Part shown: in pieces, positions 1-9,148 of the stretch
Position numbering within the stretch: the first letter of the stretch is position 1
How the letters are laid out: the number at the start of each line of letters is the position of its first letter
NCBI GenBank assembly: GCA_904420005.1
Contig: CAJFTT010000042.1
Location: 13,970-77,969 of the forward strand
DNA length: 64,000 nucleotides
Origin: Candidatus Tabaqchalia intestinavium
Lineage (GTDB): Bacteria > Bacillota > Clostridia > Oscillospirales > CAJFTT01
Direction of reading: 5' to 3'
Notes under the pieces: model-generated
Databases searched by the model: none
Seen by the model: the letters and a program-made list of their open reading frames with translations, nothing else
Told to the model about the DNA's origin: nothing
Program-made: the position numbers and the translations under genes

Positions 1-1387
1 CCAAAAATGCGCGGTATGCCATATAGACGTCCAGCTTTGCCACCACTTCATAGGGCGAATGCATGGACAGCACCGGCACGCCGAGATCGACGGTATCGAC
101 GTTGAGGTTGGCGATATACATCGCCACGGTGCCGCCGCCGCCCTGATCGACCTTGCCGAGCTCGCCCGTCTGCCAGACGACGTTGGCGTCATCGAGCGTG
201 CGGCGGATCTGCGCCATATATTCTGCGGAAGCGTCGGAAGTATCGGATTTGCCGCGGGCACCGGTATATTTCGTGATAACGACGCCGTAATTGAGCAGCG
301 CAGTGTTGCGCTTCTCGGTCACTTCCGGATAGGAGGGGTCGAACGCGGCGTTGACGTCGGCGGACAGGCAGCAGGATTTGGAGAGTACGTGGCGGCCCTT
401 CGTGCCGGCGGCTTCGGCGATGTCGTCGATGAAATAGGCCAGGAAGCTGCTCTGCATGCCGGTGTTGCCGTTGCTGCCGACCTCCTCTTTGTCTGCGAGG
501 ATCGTGACCATCGTGCGCGCGGGCTTCTCTGCGTCGAGCGTGGCGCGCAGCGCGGTATAAGCGCAGACACGGTCGTCATGGCCGTAAGCGCCGATCATGC
601 TGCGGTCGAAGCCGACGTCGCGCGCGGAAAAGGCGGGCGTGAATTCCAGCTCTGCCGAGAGGAAATCCGCCTCGTCGATGCCGTACTTTTCTTGCAGCAA
701 ATGCAGCACGTTGAGCTTCACCTTTTCGCTCGCGGCGTCATCCTTGAAGGGGCGGCTGCCGATCAGGATGTTCAGCGCCTCGCCCGCCACGCCTTCGGTC
801 ATTTTTTTGCTCATCTGGTCCTTGGCCAGATGGGGCAGCAGGTCGGTGATGACGAAAAGGGGATCGCCCGCGTCCTCGCCGAGCTTGACCTCGACGACGG
901 TGCCGTCGCGCTTGACGACAACGCCGTGCAGCGAGAGGGGAATGGCCGTCCACTGGTATTTTTTGATACCACCGTAATAGTGGGTTTTGAAGTAACAGAT
1001 CTCGTTGTCCTCATAGACGGGGCGCGGCTTGAGATCGATCCGCGGCGAATCAATATGCGCAGCGAGCAGGTTGACACCCTCCTGCAGCGGCGCTTCGCCG
1101 AAGACGGCCAGCAGCAGGCTCTTGCCGCGATTGTTGAGATACACTTTATCCCCGGCCTTGTAAACCTGCCCGACGCAATAGGGGACGAAACCGCGCGCCT
1201 CGGCGAGCTTGACGGCGGTGCATACCGCTTCGCGCTCTGTTTTTGCCGCGTCGAGGAATTGCTTATAATCCTCGCAGAAAGCGTCCGCCCGCTGCACTTC
1301 TTCTTCCGAAATGCGCTCCGCCGCATGTTTCGGCTCCCAGAAAAGCGTCTCGCGCAGCGTCTGTCCGGCAGTTTTTTCCTGTTTCAT
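1..1387 (-). CDS. M18-family (aspartyl) aminopeptidase, 3' end runs off the window
   Basis: Manual minus-strand translation from ATG at 1387 (RBS GAGAGGTG upstream): MKQEKTAG...AAHIDSPRIDLKP...THYYGGIKKYQW...LSMHSPYEVVAKLDVY, typical M18 motifs. Absent from the ORF track because there is no stop inside the window; the + strand 59..1414 ORF is its shadow. Confidence 0.88.
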   Translation of the reverse strand, partial: MKQEKTAGQTLRETLFWEPKHAAERISEEEVQRADAFCEDYKQFLDAAKTEREAVCTAVKLAEARGFVPYCVGQVYKAGDKVYLNNRGKSLLLAVFGEAPLQEGVNLLAAHIDSPRIDLKPRPVYEDNEICYFKTHYYGGIKKYQWTAIPLSLHGVVVKRDGTVVEVKLGEDAGDPLFVITDLLPHLAKDQMSKKMTEGVAGEALNILIGSRPFKDDAASEKVKLNVLHLLQEKYGIDEADFLSAELEFTPAFSARDVGFDRSMIGAYGHDDRVCAYTALRATLDAEKPARTMVTILADKEEVGSNGNTGMQSSFLAYFIDDIAEAAGTKGRHVLSKSCCLSADVNAAFDPSYPEVTEKRNTALLNYGVVITKYTGARGKSDTSDASAEYMAQIRRTLDDANVVWQTGELGKVDQGGGGTVAMYIANLNVDTVDLGVPVLSMHSPYEVVAKLDVYMAYRAFL

Positions 1388-1490
1388 CGTAACAACACCT
1401 CTCTATTAAAATAAATATGCAAACGGCGGCCCGGCCGCCGGGATGGAAACGATACAATGCGCGCCTGTTGCTGGCCGCGCGCCTTTGGGA

Positions 1491-2114
1491 TTACTGTATG
1501 CAGTTTGGGGGGCGTTCATCCGCGCCGACCATGCAGGCGTAGGCTTTTTCCAGCTTTTCCTCAAACGCACCAAGCGTGCTGTCGTTGTCAATGACGAGAT
1601 CTGCGCGGGCAGCAAATTCTGCCATCTGCGCCTGCGCGTCGAGCCGCCGCTGCGCCGCTGCTTCATCCAGGCCGTCGCGCGCGATGATCCGTGCCCGCTG
1701 TGTCTCCGGCGCGGCAGTGAGAAACAGCACCCCATCGCACAGACGTTCCGCGCCGCTCTGATAAAGCAGCGGCGCATCGAGCAGAACCAGCGGGATACCG
1801 GCCATTTTGGCCGCGTCGATCTGCCGGGCGCATTCGCGCAAAATGGCCGGATGCGTGATGGCGTTGAGCCGGGCGAGGGCAGCGCCGTTTATGAAAGCGC
1901 GCTCCGCGAGCGCCCGGCGATCGATCTCCCCCTCGGGCGTGAGGATCTGCGCGCCGAACGCTTCGACCAGCGCCGACTTTACCGCCGGAAAGTGCAGTGC
2001 CTCGTGCGCGATGCGGTCGGCGTCGACTACGGCGGCGCCCTGTCGCGCGAAATAGGCTGCCGCGGTGCTTTTGCCCGCGCCGGTCATGCCGGTCAGGCCC
2101 CATACACGGCTCAT
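1491..2114 (-). CDS. coaE: Dephospho-CoA kinase
   Basis: GLTGMTGAGKST P-loop, VDADRIAH, LNAITHPAI, LDAPLLY motifs; overlaps the sua5 stop. Confidence 0.95.
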   Translation of the reverse strand: MSRVWGLTGMTGAGKSTAAAYFARQGAAVVDADRIAHEALHFPAVKSALVEAFGAQILTPEGEIDRRALAERAFINGAALARLNAITHPAILRECARQIDAAKMAGIPLVLLDAPLLYQSGAERLCDGVLFLTAAPETQRARIIARDGLDEAAAQRRLDAQAQMAEFAARADLVIDNDSTLGAFEEKLEKAYACMVGADERPPNCIQ

Positions 2115-3145
2115 ACGGAGATCACCTCGAAATTGGCGGCGCGCAATAGGCGATTATTGACGGCAAGGCCAATGCCTTCGTTGGTTTCCGTGCGCACCAG
2201 CACAAGACGGAACCCGTCCTCGTCCGCCTGCCGCAGCAGCGTGAAGATCTCATGGGCCTTTTCTTTCCCCTGTGCCGAGGCGCCGAGACTGTAGCGCGCC
2301 ATACCGGCCGGAGCAGGCTCATCGTCAAACGCGAGATAGACGCTGCCCTCGTGTGGAAAATGCGCGGCCGCGTAAGCGGCGGCCGCCTCCGGCGAGCCGG
2401 AGAGCAGCACCACCCGCGCGTCGGGAGCATAGTGCTTGTGCTTCATGCCGGGCGAAAGCGCAGCCTCGCCCTCGGCGAGCGGCTGCAGCACCGCGCCCGC
2501 GATCTGCACTTCGACGCCCGCGCCGCGCAGCATTTCCGCGGTGACGGCGCCGGGGCGCAGGATAGTCGCCTTCTCGCCCTGCAGGGAGAGCACCGTGGAT
2601 TCCAGCCCCACTTCGCAGGGGCCGCCGTCCAAAATCAGAGGGATGCGGCCGTCCATATCATGCAGCACATGCGCCGCCGTCGTTGTGCTGGGCCGGCCCG
2701 AGCGGTTGGCAGAAGGGGCGGCGAGAGGCGTGCCGGCCGCGGTGATGAGCGCCTGCGCCGCCGGATGGGAGGGCATGCGCACGGCAACGGTGGGCAGCCC
2801 CGCGGTGACGCAGGCGGGCAGCGCTTCGCTTTTGGGAAACAGCAGAGTGAGCGGGCCGGGCCAAAACGCCTCCATCAGCCGCCGCGCAGTGGCAGAAACC
2901 TCGCGCACCACAGCGGTCAGCTGGGCGCGGTCAGCGATATGCACGATGAGGGGATTATCCTGCGGACGTCCCTTGGCGAGGAAAATCTTCTCCACCGCCG
3001 CAGGGTTGAAGGCGTCGGCCGCAAGGCCATAGACGGTTTCCGTCGGCATGCCGACAACTTCGCCCGCTCGCAGCAGCGCCGCTCCTTCCGCTGCGGCTGC
3101 GGCCAGCGCGGCGGGGGTGCGTGTGTCGAGAACGCGCGTATGCAT
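2111..3145 (-). CDS. sua5: L-threonylcarbamoyladenylate synthase (Sua5/TsaC with SUA5 C-terminal domain)
   Basis: PTETVYGLAADA, KGRPQDNPLIVH, APSANRSGRPS, SPGMKHKHYAP. Confidence 0.95.
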   Translation of the reverse strand: MHTRVLDTRTPAALAAAAAEGAALLRAGEVVGMPTETVYGLAADAFNPAAVEKIFLAKGRPQDNPLIVHIADRAQLTAVVREVSATARRLMEAFWPGPLTLLFPKSEALPACVTAGLPTVAVRMPSHPAAQALITAAGTPLAAPSANRSGRPSTTTAAHVLHDMDGRIPLILDGGPCEVGLESTVLSLQGEKATILRPGAVTAEMLRGAGVEVQIAGAVLQPLAEGEAALSPGMKHKHYAPDARVVLLSGSPEAAAAYAAAHFPHEGSVYLAFDDEPAPAGMARYSLGASAQGKEKAHEIFTLLRQADEDGFRLVLVRTETNEGIGLAVNNRLLRAANFEVISV

Positions 3146-3274
3146 GGCGTCCCCTCCTTTCTAGATCAATCGGATTCGCGTAAATATTTGGAACCGAAGC
3201 GCTCCTGCGCCATCAGCAGAAATTTCATCTGTTTGATTTTTCCTGAAGAAAAGTATTTAATCCCTTTATACGTC

Positions 3275-4345
3275 TTATACGTCGCCAAGTCGGAGCTTTT
3301 CCGCCTGATCGGCGGCGATGAGCGCGTCAATCAGCTCGGTCAGGTCGCCGTTGAGGATCGCCTCCAGGCGGTAAAGCGTCAAGCCAATGCGATGGTCGGT
3401 CACGCGCCCCTGCGGATAGTTGTACGTGCGGATGCGCTCGCTTCGATCGCCGGTGCCCACCTGGCTGCGCCGCTCTGCCGCGATGGCGTCAGCCTGCTCC
3501 TGCTGCATTTTTTCGTAAAGCCGGGAGCGCAGGATGCGCATGGCTTTTTCCTTGTTTTTGTATTGGCTGCGCTCGTCCTGGCACTCCACGACCAGGCCGG
3601 TCGGCAGGTGCGTGATGCGGATGGCGGACTCGGTTTTGTTTACGTGCTGACCGCCGGCCCCGCCGGAACGGTAGGTATCGATCTGCAGGTCGCCGGGCTG
3701 GATTTCCAGCTCGACCTCCTCCGCTTCCGGCAGCACGGCCACCGTGGCGGTGGAAGTGTGGATGCGGCCGCCGGCTTCTGTTTCCGGCACGCGCTGCACG
3801 CGGTGTACGCCGCTTTCAAACTTGAGCTTGGAGAAAACGCCATCCCCCTCGATCATGAAACAGATTTCCTTGAACCCGCCGAGCTCCGTGGGGTTGGAGG
3901 AAAGCACCTCGCTCTTCCAGCCGAGAGAAGAAGCATACATCGAATACATGCGAAACAGCGTGCCGACAAACAGCGCCGCTTCCTCGCCGCCCGCACCGCC
4001 GCGGATCTCGATGATGACGTTTTTTTCATCGTTGGGGTCATGCGGGAGCAACAGGACGCGCATCTCCTGCTGCGTGCGCGCGAGCGTATCCCGCGCCGTG
4101 CGCAGCTCTTCTTCCACCAGCGCGCGGAACTCCCGGTCCTGCGGTTCCCGCAGCAGCGCGGCGGCCTCTTCCTCGGCCTGCCTTGCCGCGCGGTGCTCGC
4201 GATATTTCTGCACCAGCGGGGTGAGGGATTTATATTCCTTCATGAGCGCGCGATACTGCGCCTGATCGCCGACCACAGCGGGGTCGGTGAGTTTACGGGC
4301 GATCTCTTCAAACCGCGCCTCCACCAATTCGAGTTTTTCCAGCAT
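3275..4345 (-). CDS. prfA: Peptide chain release factor 1
   Basis: [13 protein letters not shown] (GGQ), [10 protein letters not shown] (PxT motif of RF1), [11 protein letters not shown]. Confidence 0.97.
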   Translation of the reverse strand: MLEKLELVEARFEEIARKLTDPAVVGDQAQYRALMKEYKSLTPLVQKYREHRAARQAEEEAAALLREPQDREFRALVEEELRTARDTLARTQQEMRVLLLPHDPNDEKNVIIEIRGGAGGEEAALFVGTLFRMYSMYASSLGWKSEVLSSNPTELGGFKEICFMIEGDGVFSKLKFESGVHRVQRVPETEAGGRIHTSTATVAVLPEAEEVELEIQPGDLQIDTYRSGGAGGQHVNKTESAIRITHLPTGLVVECQDERSQYKNKEKAMRILRSRLYEKMQQEQADAIAAERRSQVGTGDRSERIRTYNYPQGRVTDHRIGLTLYRLEAILNGDLTELIDALIAADQAEKLRLGDV

Positions 4346-4386
4346 GGCGTTCGTTCCTTTCTTCCGATGGATGGGGAAGAAAACCG

Positions 4387-4581
4387 CTACAGCCCCGGTT
4401 CCGACTCTCGATGAATTTTTTTGATGTTTTTCTCAATTTTGGCCCGGGCGACCAGAACCTCACGTCCGCATTGCAGGCAGCGAATGCGGAAATCCATCCC
4501 GGAGCGCAGCACCAAAAACCGATGATTGCCGCAGGGATGCGCTTTTTTCAGTTCCAGAACATCGCCGACGCGCACGTCCAT
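4387..4581 (-). CDS. DUF951-family small protein (64 aa)
   Basis: ATG at 4581 after RBS AAAGGCGG; [18 protein letters not shown]...[17 protein letters not shown] matches the DUF951 pattern. Confidence 0.85.
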   Translation of the reverse strand: MDVRVGDVLELKKAHPCGNHRFLVLRSGMDFRIRCLQCGREVLVARAKIEKNIKKIHRESEPGL

Positions 4582-4627
4582 CCCATTTCCGCCTTTCTTC
4601 TTCCTTTTGCTCCGCTTTGGGGGCGGA

Positions 4628-5077
4628 TTATTGCGCCGCCTCATCTGGCAGAAGCCGTTTCTCCATACGCACATGCGGGCAGGATTCGTCCAGGTATTGC
4701 CCCGACACGGCGGTATATCCCAGCTTTTCGTAGAACCCCTGCGCCTGCACCTGCGCGGACAGCGTAATGACCTGTGCGCCGGTACGCTGCGCCTCGGCTT
4801 CCAGCACACGCAGCACTTCCCGGCCGAGAAAACGCCCGCGCCAGGCGCGGCGCACCGCTACGCGCCCGATGGTCTGCCGCCGCGGCGTCTCGTCAAAAAA
4901 CAGACGCCCCGTCGCGACGGCGTCCTCGCCATCATAAAGCACCACGTGGGTTGCGCGCGCGTCAATATCGTCAAATTCCCCGATGAATCCTTGTTCCTGG
5001 ATAAAAACTTCTTCCCGGATGGCCGCGGCGTCGGGGTTGTCCGCGAGACCATGGGAAAGATTGATACGGTAAGACAA
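4628..5077 (-). CDS. GNAT N-acetyltransferase (YjcF/ElaA-like)
   Basis: IREEVFIQEQG, GRVAVRRAWRGRFLG, LSAQVQAQGFYEKLGY; TTG start. Confidence 0.88.
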   Translation of the reverse strand: MSYRINLSHGLADNPDAAAIREEVFIQEQGFIGEFDDIDARATHVVLYDGEDAVATGRLFFDETPRRQTIGRVAVRRAWRGRFLGREVLRVLEAEAQRTGAQVITLSAQVQAQGFYEKLGYTAVSGQYLDESCPHVRMEKRLLPDEAAQ

Positions 5078-5143
5078 ACGGATCCCTCATTGTCCCAAGC
5101 TGCCGGAAAAACGTCCGGTGGCAGAAAGATTTTCGATTTTATT

Positions 5144-5173
5144 ATTATAGCACAATTTTGCCATTGAAAGCAA
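5144..5173 (-). promoter_or_regulatory. SigA-type promoter for the GNAT-DUF951-prfA-sua5-coaE unit
   Basis: Minus strand TTGCTT-18 bp-TATAAT with an extended -10 TG. Confidence 0.6.
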
Positions 5174-5272
5174 TTCTTTTCTGGTTTAGCACGCGACGGT
5201 CGGGAAACAACTAACATTGACAAGTTTCGCGTCAACCGGCGCGAGGCGCCTGTCGGAAAGGAGGGATGCAGT

Positions 5273-5650
5273 TTGGTGACGATTTACGCTGATTTCGACA
5301 CGGTGGACATGGCGGAATTCGCCGCGCGGCGGCTCAAGCAGAAAGTGCCCGACATCAAAAGCGTGGCGCTGCTCGACAATCGCCATATTCCGTATTACCA
5401 GAATCCCGGCCCAACGTATTTCACGCCGCACAGGGCGGACGGCTCTATGTCGTTTTTCCCCACGCCGGCTTATTTCATGAACGATTACGAGCCGTACAGT
5501 TCACCCTGGAACAACGATATCGGCTATTTCGAGCCGCAGCAGCGCGCCGATACGACGCTGCGTGTGCGGGTGGAGTCCGATAAGCTCAAAGCATGCGAGT
5601 CCACGCTGCGCAATATGGGCGGCATGAAGATCGAGATCACGGATGACTAA
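5273..5650 (+). CDS. Hypothetical protein (125 aa) with Tyr/Pro/Asn/Phe-rich centre
   Basis: Strong RBS AAAGGAGG upstream, host-like codon usage; no family recognised. Confidence 0.7.
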   Translation: MVTIYADFDTVDMAEFAARRLKQKVPDIKSVALLDNRHIPYYQNPGPTYFTPHRADGSMSFFPTPAYFMNDYEPYSSPWNNDIGYFEPQQRADTTLRVRVESDKLKACESTLRNMGGMKIEITDD

Positions 5651-5686
5651 ACGGCAACAGGCCGGAAACAATTTTTTCCCGGCGAG

Positions 5687-5716
5687 GTCATTCTTCGCGC
5701 CCCGGCGCATATAAAT
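5687..5716 (+). promoter_or_regulatory. Putative sporulation sigma-E-type promoter
   Basis: GTCATTC..14 bp..CATATAAAT resembles the sigma-E consensus (TCATATT / CATACAAT). Confidence 0.45.
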
Positions 5717-5751
5717 CCTGTGTAGGACGATTGAAACAGGAGGCTGCTGGA

Positions 5752-6681
5752 ATGACGAAGAAGTATTATCCCGAGGGCGGGTTGCTGGAAACCCGTGAGA
5801 ATCTGGAATATTGTAAGGATGCCGCCGGACTGCAGCGCGCTGCGGAAACCGGGGCGATTGTGGAGGCGCGCGCGGTGATCTGTGACAGCGCGCACAATTT
5901 GATCGTCGACCTGGGAGAGGTGCGGGGCATCATCCCGCGCGAGGAGGGCGCCATCGGCATCAGTGACGGCAGCGTGCGCGACATTGCCGTCATCTCCCGG
6001 GTCAACAAATGCGTCTGCTTCAAGGTACGCCGCGTCTATAAAAACGAAGCCGGCCGCTGGGAGGCGCTCCTGTCCCGGCGCATCGCGCAGGAGGAATGCT
6101 TCAACCGGTACTTATACACGCTCATGCCGGGAGATATTATCGATGCGAAGGTGACGCATCTCGAGCCGTTCGGCGCGTTTGTAGATGTTGGCTGCGGGAT
6201 TCCGTCGCTGATTCCCATCGATGCGATCTCCATCTCGCGCATCTCTCATCCGAGCGACCGCTTCACCGTTGGGCAGGACATCAAGGCCATCATCCGCGAG
6301 GTGGACTGTTTCTCCGGCCGGATCACCCTGAGCCACAAAGAGCTGCTCGGTACCTGGGAGGAGAACGCGCAGAATTTCAGCGCCGGCGATACGGTGGCGG
6401 GCATCATCCGTTCCATTGAGAGCTACGGCATCTTCGTCGAGCTCACCCCCAATCTTGCGGGGCTCGCGGAGCTGCGGGAGGATGTGGCCGTCGGCCAGCA
6501 TGCGAGCGTTTACATCAAGAGCCTGATCCCGGAGAAGATGAAAGTCAAGCTCATCATCATCGACAGCTTTGATGCACATTTCCGCACGCCGCCGCTCAAT
6601 TATTTCCTCAAAAGCGGCAATATCGGCAGCTGGACGTATTCGCCGGAACGGTGCAGCAAAGTGATCGAAACGGTGTTCTGA
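5752..6681 (+). CDS. S1 RNA-binding domain protein (three S1-like repeats; ribosomal protein S1-like)
   Basis: GDIIDAKVTHLEPFGAFVDVG, GDTVAGIIRSIESYGIFVEL, ITLSHKEL; ATG 5752 after RBS AGGAGG. Confidence 0.85.
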   Translation: MTKKYYPEGGLLETRENLEYCKDAAGLQRAAETGAIVEARAVICDSAHNLIVDLGEVRGIIPREEGAIGISDGSVRDIAVISRVNKCVCFKVRRVYKNEAGRWEALLSRRIAQEECFNRYLYTLMPGDIIDAKVTHLEPFGAFVDVGCGIPSLIPIDAISISRISHPSDRFTVGQDIKAIIREVDCFSGRITLSHKELLGTWEENAQNFSAGDTVAGIIRSIESYGIFVELTPNLAGLAELREDVAVGQHASVYIKSLIPEKMKVKLIIIDSFDAHFRTPPLNYFLKSGNIGSWTYSPERCSKVIETVF

Positions 6682-6819
6682 GCCGGCGGGCGGAAAACGC
6701 GATCGCCGCGGCGGGGAAGATATCCCGCCGCGTTTGCATGCCCGCGGCCGGACCGGACAGCAGGACCCGCGGAATGTTGCTTTTGGATGGAGGGAGACGT
6801 ACGTTTTACCGCTGTGGTC

Positions 6820-6848
6820 TTGACTTTTGCCGCGTTCCCCGGTAAAAT
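6820..6848 (+). promoter_or_regulatory. SigA promoter of rnpB
   Basis: TTGACT-17 bp-TAAAAT immediately upstream of the RNase P RNA 5' end. Confidence 0.75.
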
Positions 6849-6854
6849 GAATCC

Positions 6855-7195
6855 GCGAGGAAGTCAAACGGTCGCGCGCGCCCATGCCGAAAGGCCGGCG
6901 CGTGAGGAAAGTCCGAGCTCCACAGGGCAGGAATAGCGGATAACGTCCGCCGGAGGCGACTCCAGGGAAAGTGCAACAGAGAGATACCGCCGAGCAATCG
7001 GTAAGGGTGGAAAGGCGAGGTAAGAGCTCACCGGCCTGCGCGGAGACGCGCGGGTCCTGTAAACCCTATTCGGAGCAACACCGTTATGGGACATATGGCT
7101 TGCCCGGCCGTCCCGAGGTGGCTTGAGACCGTCAGCAATGGCGGCCCTAGATAGATGATCGTTCTCGACAGAACTCGGCTTACAGGCTTGCTCGC
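6855..7195 (+). ncRNA. rnpB: RNase P RNA (bacterial class A)
   Basis: Universal motifs GAGGAAAGTCCGAGCTC, GAAAGTGCAACAGA, TAGATAGATG, ACAGAACTCGGCTTA; P1 pairing GCGAGGAAGTC/GGCTTGCTCGC. Confidence 0.96.
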
Positions 7196-7198
7196 ACC

Positions 7199-7238
7199 AA
7201 AAGGAGAGGCTGCCGGATTTCCGGCGGCCTCTCCTTTT
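7199..7238 (+). terminator. Intrinsic terminator of rnpB
   Basis: AAAAGGAGAGGCTGCCGG-ATTT-CCGGCGGCCTCTCCTTTT hairpin. Confidence 0.8.
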
Positions 7239-7404
7239 GGGGGCTGGAAATAAGGCATGGGGTTGACGGCGCTTGCGCTGCATGTGGGAAGCTTGTCTGC
7301 CGTAAAATACCAGAGGCAGGCCGGCGCGCGTCGCCGCAGCCCTGTGTGCCGCAGGAAAACCGAAAAAATTCGTCCTTCATCAGAGGGAAGGGGAGAGACA
7401 CGCC

Positions 7405-8517
7405 ATGAAAGAACGCCTGCTGGCGATTGTTAAGCGGGAAACTGTGCTGCTTGTCGCAGTTGCCGTGGCGGCGGCCTCCTGCTTTGCCATCCCGCCGGAT
7501 GGGGAATATGTCGGCTATTTTGATATGCAGACCATCCTGCTGCTGTTTTGTCTGATGGCGGTGACGGCGGGTTTGCAGCGGGCAGGGCTGTTTCGGGCGG
7601 TGGGGAACGCTCTGCTGCGCAACGTGCGCAGCAGCAGGGCGCTCGCGGCGATCCTGGTGCTTTTGTGCTTTGTCAGCAGCATGCTGGTGACCAACGATGT
7701 GGCGCTGATTACGTTTGTCCCGTTTGGCCTGTTTCTGATGCAGGTGGCAGGCTGGAAGAGACGGGTTTGCCTGACGGTGACGCTCATGACGGTCGCGGCC
7801 AATCTGGGCAGCATGCTTACGCCGATTGGAAACCCGCAGAACCTGTATCTATTCACGGCGTCGGGCCTTTCTATCCCGGCGTTTCTGCGGATCACGCTGC
7901 CCTATGTGCTGCTGGCGGCGCTGCTGCTGACAGGGGCGATCGTTGTGTTCTATCGCAGGGAGACCGTGCAGGCGGTTGAATGGAAAGCGGGAAAAACAGA
8001 TGGCAGGCGGTTGCCGATTTATGCGCTGCTGTTTGCGGGCTGTGTGGCGTCTGCCGCAGGGGCGGTGCCGGCGCTGGTCCTCGCGCCGGTGGTGCTGGTT
8101 GTGATGCTGCTGCTGGATCGGTGTGCGCTGACGCAGGTGGATTACGGCCTGCTGCTGACGTTTCTCGCTTTGTTTGTTTTCACAGGCAATATGGGACGCA
8201 TCCCGGCTCTGCACACATTTTTGGAGAGCACGCTTGCCGGGCGTGAAATGCTGGTCGCTGTCGGCGCGAGTCAAATCATCAGCAATGTCCCGGCCGCACT
8301 GCTGCTTTCCGGTTTTACGGAGCATTGGCGCGCGCTCATCGTGGGGACCAATCTCGGCGGGTTGGGCACGCTGATTGCCTCGATGGCCAGCCTGATTTCC
8401 TATAAGCAGCTGGCAATCCGTCATCCGGAGAAAAAGAAAAAATATCTGCTCGTCTTTACCCTGGTGAATGTGGCGTTTCTGGCGGTATTGATTCTGGCGG
8501 CGTGCATTCTGGAGTAA
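7405..8517 (+). CDS. SLC13/ArsB-NhaD (citrate transporter-like) permease
   Basis: Highly hydrophobic; SMLVTNDVALITFVP, AANLGSMLTPIGNPQNLYL, SNVPAA, GTNLGGLGTLIASMASLI. Confidence 0.85.
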   Translation: MKERLLAIVKRETVLLVAVAVAAASCFAIPPDGEYVGYFDMQTILLLFCLMAVTAGLQRAGLFRAVGNALLRNVRSSRALAAILVLLCFVSSMLVTNDVALITFVPFGLFLMQVAGWKRRVCLTVTLMTVAANLGSMLTPIGNPQNLYLFTASGLSIPAFLRITLPYVLLAALLLTGAIVVFYRRETVQAVEWKAGKTDGRRLPIYALLFAGCVASAAGAVPALVLAPVVLVVMLLLDRCALTQVDYGLLLTFLALFVFTGNMGRIPALHTFLESTLAGREMLVAVGASQIISNVPAALLLSGFTEHWRALIVGTNLGGLGTLIASMASLISYKQLAIRHPEKKKKYLLVFTLVNVAFLAVLILAACILE

Positions 8518-8717
8518 GGGGCAAGGCGCACAAAAGCGCCATGGGACGAACGCGTCGCCTGCGCGCTTTTGCGCTGTAGTATGGGCGCTGCTTTCCCGGC
8601 CGGTTTTGAAAAATGAGGTGCATTGGCTCGCCTGGTATAAGGCCACGCTGACCCGGCGGTTTTTCGATTGACTGCCTGCTGCGGCGCATTCGCAAAGGGG
8701 ACAAGGGGGATTTCTCT

Positions 8718-9029
8718 GTGAAATACGTATTGTTAAGTGCCGATGGGGAAATAAGCGTCTTCGCTGTTCCGGACGAAATCGCAAATAACCTTGAAAAATA
8801 CTGCCTGGAGTTTTGCCACGAGTGGTTACATAAAAGCCCGGACGCAGCGAAGTACCGTGTGAAAATAGGCGGCGGGTTTGGCGTGTGTTATAACGAAAAA
8901 GATTTTATTGATTATCTGAATCAGTACGTATGTGAGGAACAGTCGACGTTAATCGCAACCTTGGCTGGCGTGTATGATGAAGATAGCCTGCCGGAAGAAT
9001 ATATCGGGTTGCCCTACTTTAATTTTTGA
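8718..9029 (+). CDS. Hypothetical protein (103 aa), AT-richer than neighbours
   Basis: GTG start after RBS AAGGGGG; intact ORF ending just before a terminator. Confidence 0.7.
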   Translation: MKYVLLSADGEISVFAVPDEIANNLEKYCLEFCHEWLHKSPDAAKYRVKIGGGFGVCYNEKDFIDYLNQYVCEEQSTLIATLAGVYDEDSLPEEYIGLPYFNF

Positions 9030-9039
9030 AAAACTCCTG

Positions 9040-9077
9040 AAAAATGGCGGGTGCCTGTAAGGCGCCCGCCATTTTTT
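9040..9077. terminator. Bidirectional intrinsic terminator
   Basis: AAAAATGGCGGGTGCC-TGTAA-GGCGCCCGCCATTTTTT between convergent genes. Confidence 0.8.
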
Positions 9078-9148
9078 GCGTCGGCAGTTTCTCTCGAAAA
9101 TGCGCCGAAACGCAGGCTTTTTCCGTCGATTGTTTCACGATAGGAGCA

